Of a stretch of 64,000 bases of DNA, positions 31,814 to 42,113 are shown piece after piece. The notes below the pieces were generated by a model that was given only the letters and a program-made list of their open reading frames with translations, made no database searches and was not told the origin of the DNA. Within the stretch, counting starts at the first letter, position 1. Each line of letters begins with the position of its first letter. The DNA lies in contig CAXXIN010000007.1 in the NCBI GenBank assembly GCA_963665275.2, positions 384,001 to 448,000 on the forward strand, in the 5' to 3' direction. Source of the DNA: Negativicutes bacterium (GTDB taxonomy: Bacteria > Bacillota > Negativicutes > UBA1444). Both the position numbers and the translations under genes were made by a program.

Positions 31814-32761
31814 ATGTTTCAATTCATGAACAAGAAACTCGTGACCTATGTAGCCCTGCTCGTTTTGGTGGTATTCGCCGCAGGCTGCGGCTCATCTCCC
31901 GCGCCTGCTCCGACGCCTGCGGCTCCCGCAGCCTCTGCTCCCGCCATTGACAAAGCTGCGCTAACCAAAGAAGCTGCCTGGGATGGGTACAAAAAAGTCC
32001 TGACCGATGTCAGCGGCAAAACGTTCCCGCTCGACCCTGCTAAAGCCAAAGAGCTGCTCACCGGCAACGAGAGCAAGTATCTGGTCGTCGACCTGCGCAG
32101 CGCCGAAGACTATGCCAAAGGCCATGTCAAAGGCGCAGTGAACATTCCTCTCGCACAATTGCCGCAAACCCTGGACAAACTGCCGATGGACAAAACCCTG
32201 ATGCTGTACTGTTATACGGGACAAACTTCATCAATGACCATGGTTCCGCTGAAGTATTATGGCTATAAAGTGGTATCCATCTCCCGCGGTTTCCCTTCTG
32301 TTGAAAAAGCCGGCTTCGCCGTTGATACCACTGCTGTCGCCTTTGCCCCTGTCGCCGCCAAAGCTCCGACCGACCCCAAAGCGGTTGCCGCCCTGGAAGG
32401 CCTGAAAGAGGCACTGGACTCACTGGTCAAGCAATTTGCCGCGAAAACCCTCATCGTTCCTGGCAAGGACGTCAAAACGCTGGTTGATGCCGGTGCTGAC
32501 AAATACTACATCGTCGACCTCCGCGCTGCCGATGACTTCGCCAAAGGATATGTTAAAGGCGCGGTGAACGTTCCGCTTGCCAACCTGGCTACTGCAATGA
32601 AATCGTTCCCGAAAGATAAAACCATCGTTCTCTACTGCTACAGTGGCCAGACTGCCGCCATGGCCACCGTCCCCCTGAAAGCGGAGGGCTTCAAGCTGAT
32701 TTCCATCTCCACCGGATTCCCTGGCGCCGAGGCTGGCGGATTCGCCATCGAGAAAAAATAA
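31814..32761 (+). CDS. Double-rhodanese lipoprotein (SrrF-like)
   Basis: Lipobox FAAGC, Pro/Ala linker, two near-duplicate rhodanese domains (CYTGQT, CYSGQT). Confidence 0.9.
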   Translation: MFQFMNKKLVTYVALLVLVVFAAGCGSSPAPAPTPAAPAASAPAIDKAALTKEAAWDGYKKVLTDVSGKTFPLDPAKAKELLTGNESKYLVVDLRSAEDYAKGHVKGAVNIPLAQLPQTLDKLPMDKTLMLYCYTGQTSSMTMVPLKYYGYKVVSISRGFPSVEKAGFAVDTTAVAFAPVAAKAPTDPKAVAALEGLKEALDSLVKQFAAKTLIVPGKDVKTLVDAGADKYYIVDLRAADDFAKGYVKGAVNVPLANLATAMKSFPKDKTIVLYCYSGQTAAMATVPLKAEGFKLISISTGFPGAEAGGFAIEKK

Positions 32762-32850
32762 CTGAGCAAAACCCTGCATGAGAAAACGAGGGGGTGTAAA
32801 GAAAAACACCCCCTCCAGGCTGAAAATTACAGCTTGGGGAGGATTACGTG

Positions 32851-33998
32851 ATGAACCAGAGAACCGGTCTCGCCATATCTGCCGCATTAACCGCAATTGG
32901 CATAGTTGGAGCGCTGATGTTGCTCATTAAAGGTCATGGAGTGATGGGTACTTCCCATCAATTCCCTTGGGGAATATTTATCTCCACTTATCTCTATTTT
33001 GCACTGATTGGCTCGGGACTCTGCCTGATCTCCTCTCTCGGTTGCGTGTTCGGCATCGAGCCCTTCACCGCCATTACAAGACGTTCAGTGGTCCTGGCAA
33101 TGATCACCTTGTCGGCCGCCTTTCTCATTATGGGGCTGGAAACGCCACAACCGCTGAACATGATCTATATGCTATTCAGTCCCAATTTTTCGGCCGCTAT
33201 TTTTTGGATGGGCAGTCTCTACGGAGTGTATCTGTTTTTTCTCGTGGGCGAGTTCTGGTATTTGATCGTTAAGGCTTCCCCCTCCCGCGGCCACTTTTTC
33301 GGAGTGTTGGCATTCTTTGCAGCTTTGGCTGCTTCTTCCAACCTGGGCGCTGTGTTCGGTTTTCTCCACGCACGGCCTTATTGGGAGGGCGCCTATATGC
33401 CGGTCTATTTCATCTTGACCGCTCTCCCTGTCGGGTTCGGCAGTGCTGGTCATTTTCTATTATCTGTTGGAAGGCCGAGAGTCCGACTCGCCGATAGTGC
33501 CTGCCACCGCCAAATTAATGGCCCTGTTTCTCTCCATCACGTTGTTCTTTTCGATCTGGAAGCTGCTCACTGGCCTTTATGGTGACATTCCCGGCAAGGT
33601 CGAGGCCTCCGCAGCCTTGCTCAAAGGACCCTACGCCCTCAATTTTTGGGGTCTGGAAATTGTGATCGGCATGATCGTTCCTTTATTCCTGTTGCTGGTC
33701 AAGCGGACGCGCAGAGCTTCGTTCGTTGCTGCGATTAATGTCAATGGTTGGGCTCTTCTTCATGCGTTATGATTTAGTAATCGCGGGTCAGGTAGTGCCG
33801 CTGGATGTTATCGACCAAACTCCGCTGCCTGTAACCTACCTGACCTATTTTCCCACTTGGGTTGAATTAGCAGTTGTCTGCCTGGGATTCGGTTTCGTTG
33901 GACTCGCCTACTTGTTCGCTGAAAAGAAACTGGACCTGGATGTGCGAACTCCAGCTCCTGTTCCAGAAAAGAACAACTCTGCAGAATTTGCGGGGTAA
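32851..33998 (+). CDS. NrfD/PsrC-family membrane anchor, split by frameshifts
   Basis: PWGIFISTYLYF, ARPYW, MRYDLVIAGQ and YFPTWVE motifs; 2 indels (~33430, ~33730). Confidence 0.88.
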
Positions 33999-34024
33999 GA
34001 TCCCGCTGATACCCTATTGTTCAA

Positions 34025-34088
34025 ACAGAAGACGGGGAAGATACGAAGCCGATACCGGCCTCATATCTTCCCCGTCTTCTGTTTCTTC
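34025..34088. terminator. Terminator between convergent genes
   Basis: AGAAGACGGGGAAGATA...TATCTTCCCGTCTTCT inverted repeat. Confidence 0.7.
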
Positions 34089-34098
34089 TCTCGACTAC

Positions 34099-37000
34099 TC
34101 AACCGTTTGCATTCATCAGTTCCAAATTCCAGGACAACAGCACTTCTGTTCCCTCACTATTATAAGCCATTCGATGAGTCGTAGACAGCATAATAGGAAT
34201 TCCCCGCCCCATCCCTGCATCTTCGCCGAAGCTGAACAGTTCCTCCTGATTCGATCGCAAGCGCCGCAGAATAGCGTTACCAGCAAATCCCATGCGCGAA
34301 GTTTTCACTCTTACATTCAGCCAATTTCCGATCCGACTGAACCTGACTCTGGCCCGGTGTTGACGCGGCACTCCATCTCTGCATTCCAGCGCGTTGGCGA
34401 TCGCCTCATTAACCGCTACTTCCTGGATTGAATGGGGTAGCCCCGTAACTTCGGCCAAGATCTTCGCAATTACATCTTTGAAGCGCTGATAGTCTCCATA
34501 TCCATTGAACCGCAGTATTCGCGGCCAACCGTTTTGGGGAACCAATTGCTGCGGTAGAGAGAGCACGTGAATACAAATAGCTGTCGCATCATCCCGGCAT
34601 GCCTCATCTTCGGCCAACGATTTCAGGAATTGGACCATTTCAGGATAACGAGCAATTGGGGCCTCTGATCGACACACCAGCAATTCAGACAATCCATCCG
34701 TCAAAAAATAGTACGAATCGCCAACATCAACCTGTACCGTATGCACATCGAAGGTTTCCTCTGCGCTCACCCCCAGATACATACCGGGCTTGGCAACGAC
34801 TCCCTGGTAGTTCTTCGTAGCGATCCATATCTCGGGAATCCCGGCGCAAACCCACTGCAGTTGTCGGGTCTGGAGATCCAGCTCGAAGCCCAGTGCTCCA
34901 GCAAACGTCCCCTCATCAAAATATTGTCCGGCACGCCGGTTAAGCCACTTCATCTGTTCGGCCAATGGCAGATCAAGCTCATTGACTTCCCTGAGCAGCA
35001 CATGCATCGATGCGGTGTGCAGCGCCGTTCCCAATCCATGCCCTGTTGCATCGGCAATAAAGCCGCGCAACACCTGGCCGTTATATCGCCAATCCATGAA
35101 GTAAAGATCGCCACCGACATAGCTGTAAGGTCGATATACGGTTTTCAGTTCCAGATATTCTGTCGGTTTCGGCATTGTCAATAACGCATTCTGCACACGT
35201 GTCGCCAACTGCGCATCGCGGTGGATTTCCTGTTCGCGCCGTATTTCATCTGAAACATCCCTGATTGTTAAAACCACCAGACTGCAATCCCGATATTGAA
35301 TTAACGTTGCTGACCTTTCCACCTGAATAAGGGTTCCGTTGCGATGGCGCAATACTCGGCGTTGCAATGGTAAAAAGCGGTCATTTTTTACCTGGTCCAA
35401 AAAGCTCCTGATATTTTCAGGGGTATCCGCAGTAATGTGAAAAACCTGCAGCGGATTATCCTTAAGCAAATCGTAACCAAATCTCTCTGTAAAACGCGTA
35501 TTAGCCTTAATGATATCTCCAGTATCTGGATTGAAGATGACCACGGCCTCCGGAGCCTGTTCCATAACGGCCCGATATCGGGATTCACTCTCTTCCAGTT
35601 CTTCTTCCATGCGCTTTCGATCCGTTATGTCGCGGGAGATCCCCAGAATGCCGATGAAAGCTCCGTCCGAATCCAACATCGGAACCTTTACCGTTTCCAC
35701 CAAAACCCGCTGCCCGCCGTCCGAAAAGTTCAGCCATTCCTCGTTTACACAGGGTCCGCCTGCCATCATTGACTTGCGGTCATTTTCCCGAAAGAAATCC
35801 GCCAAGTCCTTGTCGACGAAATCGTAGTCTGTCTTCCCGACAATCGCCATTTCATTGGCGCCAAAAAAACGTTCAAACATTTGATTGCATGATAAATAAA
35901 CGCCCTCGGCATCCTTCACCCAAACCAGATCGGGAATGGTATTGATCAACGTGCGCAAACGAGTTTCCTGATCCGCCAGGGTGCGGGTCAGGCGTCTGCG
36001 CTCGGTAATATCAATCCCGATTCCGGCAAAGTAAGTTCTCCCATCCATCTTCACAGGCACCGCTGTCAAATACATGGGGATTGTTTCGCCGTCCTTCTTT
36101 CGCAAATCGGCTTCCGCACTGGCGAACCCTTTCTCAAACGCTCTTGCCACTTCGTTGGTGATCATGGCACAGGTTTCCTCATCTCCTTTGTACCAGTCCA
36201 GAAGCATCATATGGGATAATTCCGACGCCGAATAGCCGGTCATTATTTCATGCTGCTTATTCCAGCGCACCAGATTCCCCAGATCATCATACAGATACAG
36301 CATGCCGGGAACACTATCAAACAATGCATCTGTCATAGCCCTTTCCTGTTGCAGGTTATGCTGAGATTCTCTGATTTCTTCATATTGTACTGTGAGTTCT
36401 TGGTTGGCAGCCTTGATTTCAGCCGTGCGTTCCGCAACCTGATGTTCCAGGCCCTCATTGGTTGTCGCGAGAATTTGATTCAGCGATTCGATTTCGGTAT
36501 TTTGAGCGACTATCTCTTCGTTTTGCGCGGTCAGTTCCTCGTTCATCGCTGTGATTTCTTCATTCTGCGCACTTAAATTCTCATTCGCGGCAAACAGCGC
36601 TTCGGTGCGTTCCCTCACTTGAAATTCCAGCCCTGCGTTCATTGAATGCAAGTCCGATTCAATTTTCACGGCTCTTCTCGCAATGAAACCTGTCAAAATC
36701 AAAGCAGCTCCAAGGCCGAGGATAACAACCCAAAGAGTGTTCGTCCGAGTATCCCTGGCGTCGATGAGAAAAGTTTGCGCTCTGCGTTGCGCGAAATCAC
36801 GCAGCAGAGCGATTTTCCCGTCAATTTCCTCCGTCTGCCTGAGCCCCGAAGCTTGGGTAATCAGCGCAGCTTCCCGCATCCTGCCGTCCAAACTCAATTG
36901 AATGACCTCATCACGAATCGGGCGCCAGGCCAAAAAACTTTGCAACGCATCCTGAACCAAAGCAGAATCCCCTTCGAACCGGTCCCTGACTAGTGCGAAA

Positions 37001-37278
37001 TCAGATATTGCCTTCACCTCCGCCTCGTCCACCAGAACCATATGTTTGGCGATTTCCGCGTCCGATGCAGACAATGCCACATCCTTCATTGACCGATGCA
37101 TAGCGACAATATTAGCATCAATGCGCAATACTGCCGTCCACACGGCAACGGGATGCTCATACAGTTCTTCCGTCAGTCCGGCTACCCTAGCAACTGATGT
37201 ATAGCCGATCCAGCCCATCCCCACAACGATCAGGGCCAGAAAACCTATCAGATAGGGCATCCTCCGTTGTCTTGCCAT
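34099..37278 (-). CDS. Membrane sensor phosphatase: 4-helix periplasmic sensor, coiled coil, 3 PAS domains, SpoIIE/PP2C domain, HATPase-like domain
   Basis: 2 TM segments, ELTAQNEE heptads, PAS motifs (DITERR, DITDRK), VGGD, DATGHG, TDGL, DDAT, NEAIANA and GRGI. Confidence 0.85.
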   Translation of the reverse strand: MARQRRMPYLIGFLALIVVGMGWIGYTSVARVAGLTEELYEHPVAVWTAVLRIDANIVAMHRSMKDVALSASDAEIAKHMVLVDEAEVKAISDFALVRDRFEGDSALVQDALQSFLAWRPIRDEVIQLSLDGRMREAALITQASGLRQTEEIDGKIALLRDFAQRRAQTFLIDARDTRTNTLWVVILGLGAALILTGFIARRAVKIESDLHSMNAGLEFQVRERTEALFAANENLSAQNEEITAMNEELTAQNEEIVAQNTEIESLNQILATTNEGLEHQVAERTAEIKAANQELTVQYEEIRESQHNLQQERAMTDALFDSVPGMLYLYDDLGNLVRWNKQHEIMTGYSASELSHMMLLDWYKGDEETCAMITNEVARAFEKGFASAEADLRKKDGETIPMYLTAVPVKMDGRTYFAGIGIDITERRRLTRTLADQETRLRTLINTIPDLVWVKDAEGVYLSCNQMFERFFGANEMAIVGKTDYDFVDKDLADFFRENDRKSMMAGGPCVNEEWLNFSDGGQRVLVETVKVPMLDSDGAFIGILGISRDITDRKRMEEELEESESRYRAVMEQAPEAVVIFNPDTGDIIKANTRFTERFGYDLLKDNPLQVFHITADTPENIRSFLDQVKNDRFLPLQRRVLRHRNGTLIQVERSATLIQYRDCSLVVLTIRDVSDEIRREQEIHRDAQLATRVQNALLTMPKPTEYLELKTVYRPYSYVGGDLYFMDWRYNGQVLRGFIADATGHGLGTALHTASMHVLLREVNELDLPLAEQMKWLNRRAGQYFDEGTFAGALGFELDLQTRQLQWVCAGIPEIWIATKNYQGVVAKPGMYLGVSAEETFDVHTVQVDVGDSYYFLTDGLSELLVCRSEAPIARYPEMVQFLKSLAEDEACRDDATAICIHVLSLPQQLVPQNGWPRILRFNGYGDYQRFKDVIAKILAEVTGLPHSIQEVAVNEAIANALECRDGVPRQHRARVRFSRIGNWLNVRVKTSRMGFAGNAILRRLRSNQEELFSFGEDAGMGRGIPIMLSTTHRMAYNSEGTEVLLSWNLELMNANG

Positions 37279-37345
37279 AGTTACCTAATCCCGCCTTGCT
37301 TTTCCATATTTTCGGGGTGTTCCAATCTCACTTAAAACAGTTTAA

Positions 37346-38419
37346 CTACGTCAGCAATACGCCGATTCCTGCCGCCAACATCAACAGCCCAACCGCCAGA
37401 TGCAGTCGTTTCGCATTTTGGGCCTGCCAGTCGGATGCTCTTTCCACCGTTACCTTTCCCATGTAGACCAATATAGCAATCAGAATCAGCGGCGAAACAA
37501 AAATCAAATTATATACAATGAGATACCCAAAAAAAGCTGAATTCATCCCCCATTTAGCCATGATCCCCAAGGCAAAAAAATAGGGTCCGCCTGTACATGG
37601 AAGCTCGATGAGTGTTACCACGCCGCCCATCGCAAACGCTGCCCAGGGAGTTGTCGCCTTGCGCAACAACGAAAATAAAAAAGGCCGCCAGGCCTGCGGA
37701 ATCTCAGCGGCAAAACCACCGGCCCCATAGGCAAAATAGTCCTTGAGGTTGAGGACCCCCACGAGGATGGCCAGCGCTCCTACAAAATTTCGCACGATAT
37801 CCGATATGCCCAAAAAAGTAAGAGCCTTTACAATCCCGATCCCAACCAGAATATACGTGATAAAGACCGACAAAATAAAGGAAGCGGCTGAAAAAATCAG
37901 TCGCTTTTTGCTCTCATGATACAGGCTGATGAAACTGAGCAGAATGACCAATACCAATATCGCGCAAGGATTGATGGAATCTGCCAACGCGGCTCCCATG
38001 ATACCCATCAGCCCCATAGGGTCCGACGCGGTTGTGAGCGATCCCGCGCCACCGGAGTCTATGGCGGTTTGCAATTCCTTCTCGAGGTCCAGGATCCGTG
38101 GCCCCCCCATATACATCTGCCCATTATAAAATGCGACTGGAATGGCCCAATCCTGTTCCGGAATTCCATACATTTTGAAAGACATCACCATGCGATCAGC
38201 ATTTTCCCTGTTGTCATACACTTCATACTTCTCTACCGGAACCCCTTTGGAAATGATGCGCTCCATGACAGGCGCCACCTCTTTGCAGGCAGGACAGGTA
38301 TTACCATAGAAATACATGACGGTTTTCACGGGCGCAGCCTGCGCCGGAATTGTCATCATAACTGCTAATACGAACAGCCCTGCAAGAATGAGGGCAAACT
38401 TTTTCTTCACTTTAACCAT
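37346..38419 (-). CDS. Thioredoxin-fold (CPAC) + CcdA/DsbD-like membrane thiol transporter
   Basis: Signal peptide, FYGNTCPAC, then DSINPCA and ELPCTGGPY in a multi-TM region. Confidence 0.82.
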   Translation of the reverse strand: MVKVKKKFALILAGLFVLAVMMTIPAQAAPVKTVMYFYGNTCPACKEVAPVMERIISKGVPVEKYEVYDNRENADRMVMSFKMYGIPEQDWAIPVAFYNGQMYMGGPRILDLEKELQTAIDSGGAGSLTTASDPMGLMGIMGAALADSINPCAILVLVILLSFISLYHESKKRLIFSAASFILSVFITYILVGIGIVKALTFLGISDIVRNFVGALAILVGVLNLKDYFAYGAGGFAAEIPQAWRPFLFSLLRKATTPWAAFAMGGVVTLIELPCTGGPYFFALGIMAKWGMNSAFFGYLIVYNLIFVSPLILIAILVYMGKVTVERASDWQAQNAKRLHLAVGLLMLAAGIGVLLT

Positions 38420-38716
38420 CCCTTTGCTTTTCACTTGCCAAAATATCGAATCGCACTTCAGCTTTCTACACACGTGATTAATTGTACTCACATTTTGCGA
38501 TATCGGCAAGAATCATTCCCGGATAACCGAAATTCCGCAGAATATCACCTAGAAAACCGTGACACCACTTAGCAGATCCGATACAAAATGTATAATGCGA
38601 CTTTTTATGTCTCATTATACATTTTGGGTTATATACATGATTACCCAGCCAGTATTTTGCCAAACACTGCTACAGTTCGCCCTGAAGTTTTTGAACAACG
38701 CATCCCCTTCACACCT

Positions 38717-39922
38717 TTACTTCCGCAACAATCTGAGGATCTTCATGGCCGTCGACAACGTCAGACGCGTTTCCATATCGTCGATCGAAACACCCAGGAT
38801 CGATTCGATGCGATTTTTGCGGGCCAGTACCGTCTTGTGATGAACGAAACTTCGTTCCGCAGCCTCTTTTAAATTGGCTGCAGACAAAATGTCCTCCAAT
38901 GTCGCGACCAATTGGGTCCCCTTGGTCGCATCCTGTTGGATCAACTTCCCGAGAGAGCGGTCAACAAAAGAGTGCAGTTGCTCGGAATCCTGAAACTGCG
39001 TCAACAGCTGACAGATTCCCAGATCTGCATAATGGTAGACGCCGTTTTCTCCCCACACCCTACGCCCCACATTGGCCGCCTCTTTCGCTTCGCGATAACA
39101 ACGCTTCATATCCAATACATCAGTATAACTGGAACTGACGCCGATCGTCAGTTTAACACCCGGCATTTGACGGATGACTCTTTCTTTGCCTGACTTGGCA
39201 CGTGCCAGGGCATGCTCCTTGGAATCAATACTAGGGCCCGGCAACGGGCATAGAACGGCAAAGCCATCATAGCGCGTCCAGACAATTTTATCCTGTTCTG
39301 CGGAGCAAATATGTGTCACATGGCGCAAAAGATCCTTCATACCGCGCTGATCCTTCTGCAATTCGCCGTAGGATTTCCCGCAGTAGTCATCGATGCTGAT
39401 AGCGAACAACGCATAACGCACCGACAAATCCATCCCCAGGGAGCGTCCCCGTTCGATCGCCACTTCACTGTCGGCAATCTCGCCATCGGCAATCGCATTC
39501 AGCAGATCCGTCCGCTGCTGGGCTTCGTCGTTCTTGCGCAAAGTCTCCGCTTCGCGGGCTCCGTAGCCAGCACGCGCTACGTATAGCACCGTCTCATCTT
39601 GTTCGGACTGCCCCGGCAATGCCGCAGACACGATACGAACCGGGAAAGCTTCGCCATCAGGCATCAGGCCGGTTCCGGTGAATTCAGCACTGCCCTCTGC
39701 CCCGGCAATTTCCGCCCAAGTTCGGGGACCGTTATTTTCCTCCGAAACAAGAAAATCCGTTACCGTACGTCCTTTGGCGTCTTGTGGCAGCACACCAAAC
39801 AAATGGAAGGCCGCGTTGTTCCATTCCGTCACTCGAAGTTTTGCGTCAAAAGTCAATATCGCGATCGGTGCTTGCACAACGATTGTATGCAGGCGCCGGT
39901 CCAATGTTTTTCCATTCCCCAC
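38717..39922 (-). CDS. PAS + CdaR/PucR-family transcriptional regulator
   Basis: N-terminal PAS (WNNAAFHLFG), GGDEF-like IGVSS..YREA, C-terminal HTH (AAERSFVHHKTV..R..RIESILG). Confidence 0.88.
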   Translation of the reverse strand: MGNGKTLDRRLHTIVVQAPIAILTFDAKLRVTEWNNAAFHLFGVLPQDAKGRTVTDFLVSEENNGPRTWAEIAGAEGSAEFTGTGLMPDGEAFPVRIVSAALPGQSEQDETVLYVARAGYGAREAETLRKNDEAQQRTDLLNAIADGEIADSEVAIERGRSLGMDLSVRYALFAISIDDYCGKSYGELQKDQRGMKDLLRHVTHICSAEQDKIVWTRYDGFAVLCPLPGPSIDSKEHALARAKSGKERVIRQMPGVKLTIGVSSSYTDVLDMKRCYREAKEAANVGRRVWGENGVYHYADLGICQLLTQFQDSEQLHSFVDRSLGKLIQQDATKGTQLVATLEDILSAANLKEAAERSFVHHKTVLARKNRIESILGVSIDDMETRLTLSTAMKILRLLRK

Positions 39923-39940
39923 AAAATCAGCCTCCCGTGC

Positions 39941-40396
39941 TTAGTCCAGCGGACGGATCATAGCGATTTCATCGCAATTGGGAAACTTACTGCAGTTGAT
40001 GCAGTCCTTCCAAACCTTCTGCGACAAACGCTCCTTCGGCACTTCGTGAAAATTAGCCTTGGCAAAAAATCCGGGTTGGTACGTCAGCGTGAACAAGGTT
40101 TTCACTCCTAATTCACGAGCGTCTTCCGCCAACCGCTCAACGATGGACATACCGATTCCTTTGCCAGCATATTCCGGCGCGATAGCCATCGCCCGAATTT
40201 CGGCCAATTCATCCCAGACGAGATGCAACCCGCCGACCCCCACCACTTTTCCATCATCTTCGGCGAGAATGAAATCCCGGAGTGACTCATAAATGGAATT
40301 CCGCGACCGGGCCAGCATCAGCCCCTGCTCCGCGTAATAGTTGACGATTTGGTGGATACTCTCCGTATCACTGAATTTTGCCCTGCGATATTTCAT
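39941..40396 (-). CDS. GNAT N-acetyltransferase (short ArgA-like amino-acid acetyltransferase)
   Basis: GLMLAR, LAEIRAMA, FTLTY, KVWKDCINCSKFPNCDE. Confidence 0.85.
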   Translation of the reverse strand: MKYRRAKFSDTESIHQIVNYYAEQGLMLARSRNSIYESLRDFILAEDDGKVVGVGGLHLVWDELAEIRAMAIAPEYAGKGIGMSIVERLAEDARELGVKTLFTLTYQPGFFAKANFHEVPKERLSQKVWKDCINCSKFPNCDEIAMIRPLD

Positions 40397-41055
40397 GATG
40401 AAACCTCCTGAATTAAAGTAAGCTTGGCGGTGCTTGACGGACAGATGTCACCTAGGCAGCACTGGGCGCAAATCGGGTTTCGCGCCCGACAAACTCTGCG
40501 ACCATGCCAGATGAGCCAATGATGGGATTCCGACCACTGCGGCCGTGGAATGAGCTTCATCAGACCTTGTTCCACTTCTTCGGGACTCTTCCCTTTCGCC
40601 AGGCCGGTCCGGTTGGCAACACGAAAAACATGCGTATCTACGGCGATAGCCGGCACACCGAACTGGTGGCTCAAAATCACATTGGCTGTTTTTCGTCCGA
40701 CTCCAGGCAAGCGTATTAACGCTTCCATTGTTCCGGGAACTTCTCCACTGAATTCGTCGACCAACATGCGGCAGGCAGCCAGAATGTTCTTCGCTTTCGC
40801 CCGGAACAGGCCGCAATCGTGAATTAGTTCTTCCATTTTTTCAACGCTGAGAGTCAGCATTTTTTCGGGTGAATCCCACAAGGGAAACAGGCGACGGGTA
40901 ATGATGTTCACACGGACGTCCGTGCACTGCGCCGATAATACAACGGCAACCAATAATTCGAAGGAGGATTGGAAAACCAGTCCAGTAGTTGCGCCATGAT
41001 AGGTTTTTGCAAGCCGCTGCAACATTTCACGGCGAAGTGCAAGTGTCAGTCGCAT
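40393..41055 (-). CDS. nth: Endonuclease III
   Basis: LSAQCTD, LPGVGRKTAN, VDTHVFRV and CRARNPICAQC..C Fe-S motif. Confidence 0.96.
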   Translation of the reverse strand: MRLTLALRREMLQRLAKTYHGATTGLVFQSSFELLVAVVLSAQCTDVRVNIITRRLFPLWDSPEKMLTLSVEKMEELIHDCGLFRAKAKNILAACRMLVDEFSGEVPGTMEALIRLPGVGRKTANVILSHQFGVPAIAVDTHVFRVANRTGLAKGKSPEEVEQGLMKLIPRPQWSESHHWLIWHGRRVCRARNPICAQCCLGDICPSSTAKLTLIQEVSS

Positions 41056-41202
41056 GGAAACCTCCTGTGGTTGAATTCTTCTATTAGGTGCTTCCACATA
41101 ACCCGCTTTCTTTCCTCCATCCTGCGAAGAGGTTTTTTTTGTATAGGGCTTGAATTAGTGGTAAAATAGGTAGGAAATATTAGTTTAGGAGGCTTTTAAT
41201 AA

Positions 41203-41439
41203 ATGTTTGGTCTTGGGATGCCTGAACTCATTTTAATACTTATTATTGCACTGGTCATTTTCGGACCGTCCAAGCTGCCGGAAATGGGTGCTTCCGTTGG
41301 CAAAGCAATCCGTGAATTCCGTAATGCAACCAAGGAACCGGACCCCGAACCGGACCGCAAAGTCATCGTAGCCGAGTATCACGAAGCTCCGAAACAGATT
41401 CTAAACGAAAAAAAACCAGAAGTGAAGGATAAGGAATGA
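41203..41439 (+). CDS. tatA: Twin-arginine translocase TatA/TatE
   Basis: [35 protein letters not shown]. Confidence 0.95.
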   Translation: MFGLGMPELILILIIALVIFGPSKLPEMGASVGKAIREFRNATKEPDPEPDRKVIVAEYHEAPKQILNEKKPEVKDKE

Positions 41440-42113
41440 TTCGTCTCAAGTTCAGTCGCCGCGATTTTATGATCGGCGCCCTGGTTGGAGCCGCGGCCGG
41501 CGCCGGAGTATTGGGCGCATTGCAGCGAAAGTCAGCTTCTGACCCGTCCGGTAACTCGGGCGGGTCGGTTTTTCATACAGATCGGGCGGCCCGCATCACT
41601 ACTCTAAGTTTTATCAGCGTAGATCATGCCCGCTGCACGGGCTGCGGAATTTGCGAGGCTGAATGCGCCCTTGTCAGGGAAAAGACTTACGACACTTGGC
41701 GAAGCCGCATCCGCGTCCATCATTTTGAACCGTCACTTGATATCGCCTCAATTTGCGCATCCTGCAACGATGCCCCTTGCGTAAAAGCCTGCCCGCCAGA
41801 AGCTAACGCGCTGACGCGGGATCCATTGACCGGTGCGGTCCTTCTCAACGAAGCCAAATGCATTGGTTGCCGCGCCTGTCTGATGGCCTGCGCCAAAGAC
41901 CGTTCCGACGTTATCAGAATGAGCCGTGACGGGGAAAAAGCGCTCGGCATCTGTGATCTTTGCGGCGGCGATCCCGCCTGCGTCAAGGTCTGCCCCGAGC
42001 AATGCCTGTCCCTCGTTCCCGCCAATCAAGATGGCCGTGGCCTGGCCGCCAATCCGCTGACTATTGCCCGCAGCCTGGCCCACAATATCTATCGTTCAGG
42101 GAGGGATAGCTGA
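41436..42113 (+). CDS. Tat-signal-bearing 4x[4Fe-4S] ferredoxin subunit
   Basis: FSRRDFM plus a hydrophobic stretch; [36 protein letters not shown] and [15 protein letters not shown]. Confidence 0.9.
   Translation: MIRLKFSRRDFMIGALVGAAAGAGVLGALQRKSASDPSGNSGGSVFHTDRAARITTLSFISVDHARCTGCGICEAECALVREKTYDTWRSRIRVHHFEPSLDIASICASCNDAPCVKACPPEANALTRDPLTGAVLLNEAKCIGCRACLMACAKDRSDVIRMSRDGEKALGICDLCGGDPACVKVCPEQCLSLVPANQDGRGLAANPLTIARSLAHNIYRSGRDS

Noticed and set aside
20252-33998. Programmed frameshifting or a true pseudogene island
   Set aside because: Indels are scattered over unrelated genes without slippery-site/stimulator signatures, and motifs are intact; sequencing error is more parsimonious.
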